Origin: an uncultured Alphaproteobacteria bacterium
Lineage (GTDB): Bacteria; Pseudomonadota; Alphaproteobacteria; HIMB59; GCA-002718135
Assembly (NCBI GenBank): GCA_902518985.1
Contig: CABYIF010000002.1
Coordinates: 4,660 to 68,659, forward strand
Direction of reading: 5' to 3'
DNA: 64,000 nucleotides
Of the stretch, positions 30,285 to 38,314 are shown one piece after another; position 1 is the first letter of the stretch; the number at the start of each line of letters is the position of its first letter. A model generated the notes under the pieces. The model did not search any database. It saw only the letters and a program-made list of their open reading frames with translations, and had not been told where the DNA came from. The translations under genes and the position numbers were made by a program.

Positions 30285-30293
30285 AAATAAAAT

Positions 30294-31982
30294 ATGAATG
30301 ATATTAAAGAATTTAAAGTTTTAGCAAGAAAATACAGACCGCAAAAGTTTAAAGAACTTGTTGGTCAAGATCTCCTTGTCCAGATTTTGACTAGTGCCAT
30401 AACAAATGACAGATTAGCTCACGCATATGTTCTTACAGGTGTTAGAGGAGTTGGAAAAACTACAACTGCAAGACTCATTGCTATGAGTATTAATTGCCAA
30501 AAAAGAGAAAATAATAGCTGTGAACCATGTGGTAACTGTGACTCCTGTAAATCAACAGGTATTGATAGTAATTTAGATGTTATAGAAATGGATGCAGCTT
30601 CAAATACTGGAGTTGATGATGTAAGAGAAATTATTGATAATGTAAAATATAAACCAGTAATAGGCAAATATAAAATTTTTATCATTGATGAAGTTCATAT
30701 GCTTTCGAAAAGTGCGTTTAATGCCCTCCTCAAAACCCTTGAGGAGCCTCCAGAACATGTTAAGTTTATTTTTGCAACAACCGAGGTTAAAAAAATACCA
30801 ATAACAGTTTTATCAAGATGTCAGCGATTTGATCTTTTAAGAATTGAAAATAAAACTTTAACAGAACATTTACTAAATGTTGTTAAGTTAGAAAATATAG
30901 ACATAGATAAAGACGCCATATCTCTCATTGTTAGAGCTGCCGATGGATCAATACGAGATGGTTTGAGCCTACTTGATCAAGCAATTACAAATCAAAATAT
31001 GAAAATTGACTCAAAAGTAATTACTAATATGTTGGGATTAGCTGAGAGAGAAAAAATTTTTGATCTTCTCGAAAAAATACTAGAGGGCAATTCTATGGAA
31101 TCTTTAAATCTATACAGAAATTTATATGATTTAGGAGCTGATGTAACGATGATATTTGATGAACTAATAAATGTAGTACATTTCCTTACACAAATTAAAA
31201 TATCACCTAATATAAAGGATGATATTTATATACCAGAGATAGAAAGAACCAGAGGCTTGGATTTAACTTCAAAATTAAGTTTAAATAATCTCAATATAAT
31301 ATGGCAAATTTTATTTAAAGGGTACCAAGAGCTTCAAAGTGGTTTCCATCTGTTTCAACATGGTGAAATGATTATTTTGAGAATAATTTATTTATTTAAT
31401 GGTAATAGCCCAGATGATTTGTTGAAGAAAATTACAAAAGAGGAAAATTCAGTTTCATCAGAAGCTATTAATATTTCAACATCTGTAAAGAAAGATGAAA
31501 AAAGTAAAATTTTAAACTTTGATACAAACATAACAAAAACCAAAAAAAGTAATATAAAAAAAAATTATCAAGAAATTAAAAATTTTAGGCAATTTGTTGA
31601 TTTATTTTTTCAAAATAGAGAAGGTATTTTGCATACTAAATTATATAATGAAGTGACGATGATCTCTTTTAAAGATGGTGAAGTTGTATTAAACACTAAT
31701 AATGTAAAAGATAGTTCTTTCAATAGAACTGTTGCAAAATTAATTTCTAAATGGACTGGAAGAATTTGGCAAGTAAACTCTTCTACTAGTAATCTTGGTA
31801 GAAGTTTATATGAAGAAGATATTATAAATCAGCAAAAAGAAATTGAGAAAATGAAAAATAATAATGATGTTAAAAAAATACTTAAGGAATTTCCTGCTAG
31901 CCAAATACATAGTATAACTGAATTAACAGATGTAAATAATAAAGAAGAAATATTAGATTTGAATATTAAAAAGGAGAAATAA
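30294..31982 (+). CDS. dnaX: DNA polymerase III subunit gamma/tau
   Basis: It has an AAA+ clamp-loader module (GVRGVGKTT, the Zn module CxxCxxCxxC, DEVHML, SRC motif LSRCQRF). Confidence 0.95.
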   Translation: MNDIKEFKVLARKYRPQKFKELVGQDLLVQILTSAITNDRLAHAYVLTGVRGVGKTTTARLIAMSINCQKRENNSCEPCGNCDSCKSTGIDSNLDVIEMDAASNTGVDDVREIIDNVKYKPVIGKYKIFIIDEVHMLSKSAFNALLKTLEEPPEHVKFIFATTEVKKIPITVLSRCQRFDLLRIENKTLTEHLLNVVKLENIDIDKDAISLIVRAADGSIRDGLSLLDQAITNQNMKIDSKVITNMLGLAEREKIFDLLEKILEGNSMESLNLYRNLYDLGADVTMIFDELINVVHFLTQIKISPNIKDDIYIPEIERTRGLDLTSKLSLNNLNIIWQILFKGYQELQSGFHLFQHGEMIILRIIYLFNGNSPDDLLKKITKEENSVSSEAINISTSVKKDEKSKILNFDTNITKTKKSNIKKNYQEIKNFRQFVDLFFQNREGILHTKLYNEVTMISFKDGEVVLNTNNVKDSSFNRTVAKLISKWTGRIWQVNSSTSNLGRSLYEEDIINQQKEIEKMKNNNDVKKILKEFPASQIHSITELTDVNNKEEILDLNIKKEK

Positions 31983-32305
31983 TGGTTAACTTTGGAAATA
32001 TGATGAAACAAGCTCAACAATTGCAAAAAAAAATGGCTGAGGCTCAAGACAAACTAAATGAAATAGAAGTAGAAGGAACTTCCGGGGGTGGCTTGGTAAA
32101 AGTCATAGCAACCGCAAAAGGTTCATTTAAAAGAATCTCTATTGATGATGATTTATTAAACAAAGATGAAAAGGAAATTCTAGAAGATTTAATTATTGCA
32201 GCTATTAATGACGCTAAGCAAAAAGGAGAGTCTGTAGCACAAGAAGAAATGAAATCTTTGACAGGTGGTTTACCTTTACCGCCAGGCATGAAATTACCTT
32301 TCTAG
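31982..32305 (+). CDS. ybaB: nucleoid-associated protein YbaB/EbfC
   Basis: The 107-aa protein begins MMKQAQQLQKKM. It lies between dnaX and recR. The start overlaps the dnaX stop (TAATG). Confidence 0.9.
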   Translation: MVNFGNMMKQAQQLQKKMAEAQDKLNEIEVEGTSGGGLVKVIATAKGSFKRISIDDDLLNKDEKEILEDLIIAAINDAKQKGESVAQEEMKSLTGGLPLPPGMKLPF

Positions 32306-32308
32306 TAT

Positions 32309-32908
32309 ATGGATCAATCTCCTATTGATAAATTAATAAATGATATCTCTAGGCTGCCTGGTTTAGGCAGACGTTCAGCTCAGAGAATTGCATTATTTTT
32401 ACTTAAAAATAAGGACAAAAATTTGTCACCTCTGATCGAGAGCTTAAATGTATCTTACAATAAAATTATCGAGTGCCAAGATTGTGGAAATATTGATATG
32501 CAAAATCCATGTGGAATTTGTTCAAATAATTCAAGAGATAAATCTTCTATTTGTATTGTGGAAGACGTTTCTGATTTATGGACTTTTGAAAAAGTTGGTT
32601 TTTACAGAGGTTTATATCATGTTTTAGGCGGATCTCTCTCAGCAATTCAAGGAATTGGTACAGACGAACTTAGGCTTCAAAACCTCATCAATAGAATTGA
32701 AAATAACAACACTAAAGAAATAATTCTAGCATTAAGTACAACTATGGAGGGTCAAACAACATCTTTTGTAATCGCGGATAAATTAGATAAAATTAAAGAA
32801 CTAAATGTAACTCGTTTAGCTCAGGGCATACCAATGGGTGGAGAGGTACATTACTTAGATGAGAATACTCTAAATACTGCATTTCAAGCAAGAAAAAAAA
32901 TTACTTAG
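32309..32908 (+). CDS. recR: recombination protein RecR
   Basis: LPGLGRRSAQRIA helix-hairpin-helix, a C4 zinc finger (CQDCGN...CGIC) and a Toprim domain are present. Confidence 0.95.
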   Translation: MDQSPIDKLINDISRLPGLGRRSAQRIALFLLKNKDKNLSPLIESLNVSYNKIIECQDCGNIDMQNPCGICSNNSRDKSSICIVEDVSDLWTFEKVGFYRGLYHVLGGSLSAIQGIGTDELRLQNLINRIENNNTKEIILALSTTMEGQTTSFVIADKLDKIKELNVTRLAQGIPMGGEVHYLDENTLNTAFQARKKIT

Positions 32909-32914
32909 TTTATA

Positions 32915-33430
32915 ATGGAAAAATTATTGTACGTACCAAATCCACTTTTACGTCAAAAAACTAAAAAAATTGAGTCTGTTGGTAGTTATGAATTAAAAAT
33001 AGCAAAAAAAATGAAAGAGATTATGTATAGTGTACCTGGAGTAGGATTAGCAGCTAATCAAATAGGTATATTGAAACAAATTATTACAATTTCTTTTACT
33101 GACCAAGAAACAAAAAAAGAAGTTAATTATAATTTATTTAATCCTGAAATAATTTCCTATTCACAAGAAAAAATTTTTATGGAGGAGGGTTGTTTATCAC
33201 TTCCTGAGCAATTTGCAAAAATTGAGAGATCAAAAAAAATATTAATTAAATACTTAGATGATAATAATCACTCAGTGATGAAAGAAGTTGATGGAGTTGA
33301 AGCAAGAATTCTACAACATGAAATTGACCATCTTTCTGGAAAATTATTTGTTGACTATCTTTCTTCTTTAAAAAGAAATATTATGATTAAAAAAGTTAAA
33401 AAATATTTAAAAAATAATATTGATGTATAA
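32915..33430 (+). CDS. def: peptide deformylase
   Basis: The three PDF motifs are present: GVGLAANQ, EGCLS and QHEIDHL. Confidence 0.9.
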   Translation: MEKLLYVPNPLLRQKTKKIESVGSYELKIAKKMKEIMYSVPGVGLAANQIGILKQIITISFTDQETKKEVNYNLFNPEIISYSQEKIFMEEGCLSLPEQFAKIERSKKILIKYLDDNNHSVMKEVDGVEARILQHEIDHLSGKLFVDYLSSLKRNIMIKKVKKYLKNNIDV

Positions 33431-34346
33431 TAAAAAAATCATATTCATGGGAACTCCTGTTATTGCAACAGAATATTTAAGTTCACTAATAAATAATGAT
33501 TTTAAAATTGAAGCCGTTTTTACTCAGCCTCCAAAAAAACAATACAGAGGAATGAAATTAAATAAATCACCAATACATATACTAGCAAGTAAAAAAAATA
33601 TAAAAGTATATCATCCTCTAAAGTTTAATAATGAAACAATTAATTTTCTAAAAGAAATTAAGCCAGACTTAATTATTGTTATGGCATATGGTAAAATTCT
33701 TCCAAAGGAAGTTTTAGAAATTCCTAAGCACGGCTGTATTAACATTCATGTATCAATATTACCAAGATGGAGAGGGGCTTCACCAATAGAATATACTTTA
33801 AAAAGTGGAGATGAGAAAACAGGTATTTCAATTATTAAACTTGTTGAAAAATTAGATGCAGGGCCAATAATTGCTCAAGAGGAATGCGTTATCCCTCCAA
33901 ATTCAAATAAATTACAACTTAGTGATAAATTAACAAAGTTAGGAAAAAGTTTATTAATCAAAACAATTCCCAAAATCTTTGAAAATGAATTTGAGCTTAT
34001 AGATCAAGATGAAAAAAAAGTTACGTATGCTTATAAGATTACTTCTGAAAATAGAAAAATTAATTTTAATAATTCTGTTAAAAATATAATCAACCATATA
34101 AGAGCACATTCCCCAAAACCTGGTGCCTGGTTTTTTTTAAATGGAGAAAGAATTAAAATTATTGATGCAAAACCTGGTTTAGCAAAAGGGAAGGTTTCAA
34201 CTGTTTTGAATAAAAATTTTGAAATTGCCTGTGAAGATGGCAGCATTGATCCTATTAATTTGCAAAGAGAAGGAAAAAAAGTTGTTAATAAGGAAGAATT
34301 TTTAAGAGGTTATAAATTAAAAATCAATGATGTAATAAATGCATAA
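33423..34346 (+). CDS. fmt: methionyl-tRNA formyltransferase
   Basis: IIFMGTP, NIHVSILPRWRGASPI and the C-terminal domain are present. ATG 33423 is preferred over TTG 33420. Confidence 0.9.
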   Translation: MYNKKIIFMGTPVIATEYLSSLINNDFKIEAVFTQPPKKQYRGMKLNKSPIHILASKKNIKVYHPLKFNNETINFLKEIKPDLIIVMAYGKILPKEVLEIPKHGCINIHVSILPRWRGASPIEYTLKSGDEKTGISIIKLVEKLDAGPIIAQEECVIPPNSNKLQLSDKLTKLGKSLLIKTIPKIFENEFELIDQDEKKVTYAYKITSENRKINFNNSVKNIINHIRAHSPKPGAWFFLNGERIKIIDAKPGLAKGKVSTVLNKNFEIACEDGSIDPINLQREGKKVVNKEEFLRGYKLKINDVINA

Positions 34347-35073
34347 TTATAAAATTACTATAGAATATGATGGAACTAATTTTGTTGGATGGCAGCGCCA
34401 AAATAATGGTATTTCCATTCAACAATTAATTGAAGAGTCAATTCAAAAACTTTCTAATAAAAAAACAACAATCTTTGGAGCCGGAAGAACTGATGCAGGT
34501 GTTCACGCAAAAGGTCAAGTGGCCAGTTTTGAACTAGAAAGTTTCATAGATACTGACACAATACGCGATGGCTTAAATCACCATTTAAGACCTCACCCTG
34601 TTGCTATTTTATCAACTGAGAAAACTGATATATCATTTAATGCTAGATTTTCAGCAAAACTTAGATGGTATGAATATAAAGTTATTAATAGGAGGCCACC
34701 ACTAACATTACAAAATAATAGAGTTTGGTGTGTACATAAACACATAAACATAAATAAGATCGTTGAGCAATCGAAGTTTTTTTTAGGCAAACATGATTTG
34801 TCAGCTTTTCGTTCCGTAAATTGTCAATCAAAATCTTCAATTAAAACAATTAAATCTTTTGATGTAGAAAAAAATAATGAAGAAATTAATTTTATAATTT
34901 CAGCAAAATCCTTTCTTCACTCTCAAGTAAGAATTATGGTTGGTACATTAGTGGATATAGGTTTAAATAAAATTTCAAAATCTGTTTCAGAAATTATTTC
35001 ATTAAAGAATAGGGAATTTGCAGGCGTAACTGCACCCGCTCATGGATTATACCTTAAGAAAGTTGAGTATTAA
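34339..35073 (+). CDS. truA: tRNA pseudouridine(38-40) synthase
   Basis: EYDGTNFVGWQRQ and the catalytic GAGRTDAGVHA motif are present. Confidence 0.9.
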   Translation: MHNYKITIEYDGTNFVGWQRQNNGISIQQLIEESIQKLSNKKTTIFGAGRTDAGVHAKGQVASFELESFIDTDTIRDGLNHHLRPHPVAILSTEKTDISFNARFSAKLRWYEYKVINRRPPLTLQNNRVWCVHKHININKIVEQSKFFLGKHDLSAFRSVNCQSKSSIKTIKSFDVEKNNEEINFIISAKSFLHSQVRIMVGTLVDIGLNKISKSVSEIISLKNREFAGVTAPAHGLYLKKVEY

Positions 35074-35678
35074 TAAAAACCTATTTCTGATAAACAAATG
35101 TCGGCTGTAAAATCTTTGAAACCAGCAACCAAGCCTATAGATTTAATTTTTTGACCAATTAAAGTTGAAGGTTGATATGCGTTAGATTTTTTAAATTCAC
35201 TAAAAGGCGCTCTAATTTCATTCCATTGATTACTAGTTTTAAAGCTAAATTTATAATATTGCCATGGAGCCATGGTAAGCGCAGTTCTTAGATGTAAAGA
35301 GTAATCTTCATTATTGCCACGTACTTTTAAATAGATTCCTTCATATTGTTTTGTAGATATTGAGGGCTTAAGTTGATTGCGTATCTGAATGAAGCCACCA
35401 TTATTTTCTGTAGTTACGTTCCCTTTCATGTGGTAGCAATTTTCACCATCAACTATAGTAATATCTGCCCTTCCTTCCGAAAGACCTCCCATAACACCAT
35501 CTGTAAAAAATGCCCAATTTTGATTTTGCGTTGTAATTCCAGGGTTGCTTAAATTATCTAATATCATTTTGTTTTCTTGAGCTTTTAAATCGCTGTAAAT
35601 ATATAAAAAAACGAAAAAAACACTGTAAATTATGATTTTATTTACTTTGATTGATCTAAGTATTTCATAAAAAAACAT
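35070..35678 (-). CDS. CIA30 (complex I intermediate-associated protein 30)-like domain protein with N-terminal signal/anchor
   Basis: The core WAFFTDGVMGGLSEG matches the CIA30 signature (..DxVMGG.S). A hydrophobic N-terminal segment ends in ..DLKAQ. Confidence 0.6.
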   Translation of the reverse strand: MFFYEILRSIKVNKIIIYSVFFVFLYIYSDLKAQENKMILDNLSNPGITTQNQNWAFFTDGVMGGLSEGRADITIVDGENCYHMKGNVTTENNGGFIQIRNQLKPSISTKQYEGIYLKVRGNNEDYSLHLRTALTMAPWQYYKFSFKTSNQWNEIRAPFSEFKKSNAYQPSTLIGQKIKSIGLVAGFKDFTADICLSEIGFY

Positions 35679-35763
35679 AATTTTTATATAGTTTTATTAA
35701 GACTATTTTAAATGTTTTACTATTATTAATTGATAATCTGTTTTTTTCTCTTATCTTTATATT

Positions 35764-36327
35764 ATGGAAACAATGAAAACACTTTTATCTAGAAGATCAA
35801 TTTCTAAGCTTACTAGTCCCCATCCATCAAAAGATGAAATGGAAGATGTTTACCAAGCAGCTTTAAGGGCCCCCGATCATTCGTGGTTAAGACCCTGGAA
35901 ATTTATTGAAATTACAGGTGATTCTAGAAACAAATTAGCTAAAGCATTTATTGAGTCAACAAAAAGATTAGAAGATCTAGACCAAGAACGGGAAAACAAA
36001 ATAGCTGCACTTCCTCTACGTTCTCCTATGATAATAGTTGTAATCGCTAAGATTAATCATGAAAAACCAAATGTACCTAGATTAGAACAAATACAATCTA
36101 CAGCTGCTGCTGCGCAAAATATTCTTTTAGCTTTACATGATAAAGGTTACGGTTGTTATTGGAGAACAGGAAAGTATTCTAGTGAAAGAAATAAATATAT
36201 TTCAAATGAACTTGCACTTGAAAGTAATGATGAGGTTTTAGGGTACCTTTATGTCGGAACTCCAGAAGTTGACGCCCCAAAGATACCTGAATTAGAAAAT
36301 AAAGACTTTGTAACTTATTGGAACTAA
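35764..36327 (+). CDS. nitroreductase family protein (YdjA-like)
   Basis: It is collinear with E. coli YdjA: LLSRRS, RAPDH..L.PW+F, APLRSPMIIVV, VPRLEQ, GYLY.GTP, FVTYW. Confidence 0.8.
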   Translation: METMKTLLSRRSISKLTSPHPSKDEMEDVYQAALRAPDHSWLRPWKFIEITGDSRNKLAKAFIESTKRLEDLDQERENKIAALPLRSPMIIVVIAKINHEKPNVPRLEQIQSTAAAAQNILLALHDKGYGCYWRTGKYSSERNKYISNELALESNDEVLGYLYVGTPEVDAPKIPELENKDFVTYWN

Positions 36328-36329
36328 TT

Positions 36330-36581
36330 ATGATGGAGTTTATAAGTAACGGTTGGCACGGTGTTATGAGTTCAAACTTTAATCCATTAAGACATATTCC
36401 TGATGAAAATGTTAGACACCTTATTTTACAAATTCTTTCTTGGATGTGGTGTACATCTTTTTCTTTGTATTTTGGTTCTTGGTTTCTATTTGGTCTTACA
36501 ATAGCAACTCACTTCATATTATTATTAGCAATATTCATAACGGTCATAACTTTTGATATTATTAAAACAACTTACAAATAG
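36330..36581 (+). CDS. small hypothetical membrane protein (2 predicted TM helices)
   Basis: The ORF starts 2 nt after the nitroreductase stop. It has two hydrophobic stretches, and no family was recognised. Confidence 0.4.
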   Translation: MMEFISNGWHGVMSSNFNPLRHIPDENVRHLILQILSWMWCTSFSLYFGSWFLFGLTIATHFILLLAIFITVITFDIIKTTYK

Positions 36582-36585
36582 TTGG

Positions 36586-37218
36586 TTATAAACTTTTCGC
36601 CAAACGCCTAACACTTAACATATGTTTTTTAAAAATTTCCTTAGGCATATTAGGAAGAACAGAGTAAAAACGTAAGTATTTAGTTTTCATACCTCCTAAA
36701 TTAAATACAGATTTTTTTATTCTTCTGTAAGGAATATTATCAAAAATTGAGAAATTAAAATAACTAAGCATTGGACCACCATATGTAATGGAAACTATTC
36801 CAAGCTTACCTTTCATAGCTCCGGGAACTGGATATCCATAGTTTTTAAAATATTTACTTCCGGGTATCGCTTCTTTGTAAGAAAAAAACCATTTAGGATG
36901 AAGAACCCAATCAACCCAGTTTTCTAAAATTGAATTTAATCTTAAGTTATTGCAAGATCCTATTAGAAACATAATATCACTTTCTTCTAATCTATTTCTA
37001 TAATTTAATACTAATTTTGGTGGAGGATTAAAGTTAGAATTATAAAAAGGTAATTGTTCTTTTTCTGCAAATAAATTTACCAGATCTATAGAATGACCAC
37101 ATTTCTTTGCTTCATCAATAAACGTATCACGTATTTCAGAATTAAATGATCCTGATGTATTATGGTGCCCAAATACAATAAATATTCTTTTCACACTTTT
37201 TATAATATCAAACTCCAA
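36586..37218 (-). CDS. flavodoxin-like fold NAD(P)H dehydrogenase/quinone reductase family protein
   Basis: The N-terminus RIFIVFGHHNTSGSFNS...DLVNL resembles Flavodoxin_2 (MdaB/KefF-type) proteins. The start is uncertain (TTG 37218 or GTG 37194). Confidence 0.55.
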   Translation of the reverse strand: MEFDIIKSVKRIFIVFGHHNTSGSFNSEIRDTFIDEAKKCGHSIDLVNLFAEKEQLPFYNSNFNPPPKLVLNYRNRLEESDIMFLIGSCNNLRLNSILENWVDWVLHPKWFFSYKEAIPGSKYFKNYGYPVPGAMKGKLGIVSITYGGPMLSYFNFSIFDNIPYRRIKKSVFNLGGMKTKYLRFYSVLPNMPKEIFKKHMLSVRRLAKSL

Positions 37219-37240
37219 AAAAATTCGTTATTAAATAAAT

Positions 37241-37265
37241 AAATTCCAGTTATACTTTGGAATTT
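37241..37265. promoter_or_regulatory. 8-bp perfect inverted repeat AAATTCCA-N9-TGGAATTT in a divergent promoter region (candidate operator)
   Basis: Read directly from the sequence. A third TTGGAAT half-site lies at 37281..37287. The repeat lies between the start codons at 37218(-) and 37340(+). Confidence 0.25.
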
Positions 37266-37339
37266 GATTAATATATAATTTTGGAATAATTCTAATTTTA
37301 ATTAATTTAGTTTAAATAAAAAATATCTAAGCTAAAATT

Positions 37340-38314
37340 ATGAAAAATACTATGAGTATAAATTATAAAGATATTGAAAATGCTTACAAAAAAATTAGCG
37401 ACTCTATTACAAAAACACCAATTATAAGTAATGATTATATTAATAATTTATTGGATGCAGAAGTTTATTTTAAACTAGAAAATCTTCAAAATACTGGATC
37501 CTTTAAATTAAGGGGTGCAACTCATAAAATTTCTAAATTATCTAACAAGATAGTTAATAATGGTGTGGTGGCTTATTCATCTGGCAATCATGCACAAGCA
37601 GTTGCCTATGCAGCATTAAAAAAAAATATTAGTGCAAAAATTATTATGCCGAAAAATGCTCCTAAAATAAAAATAAATAATACAAGAAAATATGGCGCTG
37701 ATGTAATTTTGTATGATACTTTTTTTGAGAATAGAGAAAAAATTGGAAACGATATAAAAGAAAAAGAAAATAGGTTATTAATTAAACCTTATGATGATAT
37801 TGATGTTATAGCAGGTCAAGGCACAGCGGGCATTGAAATTGCAGATGACTTAAATAAGCTTTCTGTAATTCCAGAAATTTATCTTTGTTGTTGTGGCGGT
37901 GGTGGACTAATTGCAGGAAGCTCAACTTATCTAAAACACGTATTTCCAAATTTAAAAATATATTCAGTTGAGCCAAATGGCTTTGATGACACAAAAAAAT
38001 CCATAGAAAATAAAAAAATCATTGAAAATTCTTCTAATTCAAAATCAATTTGTGATGCATTACTTGCTCCAAAACCGGGAAATATAACTTTTCCAATTAA
38101 TTTAAAAAATATTTACGGAGGCATTAGTGTATCTGATGAAGAGGTAAAAAAAACTTTAATATTATTGTCAGAACATTTAAAAATCGTAGTTGAACCCGGT
38201 GGAGCTGTAGCTGCGGCAGCATTATTAAACAAAAAAATTGATACTCGAAATAAAAAAATTGTTGTTATGATTTCTGGAGGTAATATTGATATAGAATTAT
38301 TTAGATCATTATGA
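37340..38314 (+). CDS. PLP-dependent threonine/serine dehydratase family protein (catalytic domain only)
   Basis: The PLP-lysine motif NTGSFKLRGA and Gly-rich loop GGGGLIAG are present. At 324 aa it has no C-terminal regulatory domain. Confidence 0.8.
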   Translation: MKNTMSINYKDIENAYKKISDSITKTPIISNDYINNLLDAEVYFKLENLQNTGSFKLRGATHKISKLSNKIVNNGVVAYSSGNHAQAVAYAALKKNISAKIIMPKNAPKIKINNTRKYGADVILYDTFFENREKIGNDIKEKENRLLIKPYDDIDVIAGQGTAGIEIADDLNKLSVIPEIYLCCCGGGGLIAGSSTYLKHVFPNLKIYSVEPNGFDDTKKSIENKKIIENSSNSKSICDALLAPKPGNITFPINLKNIYGGISVSDEEVKKTLILLSEHLKIVVEPGGAVAAAALLNKKIDTRNKKIVVMISGGNIDIELFRSL

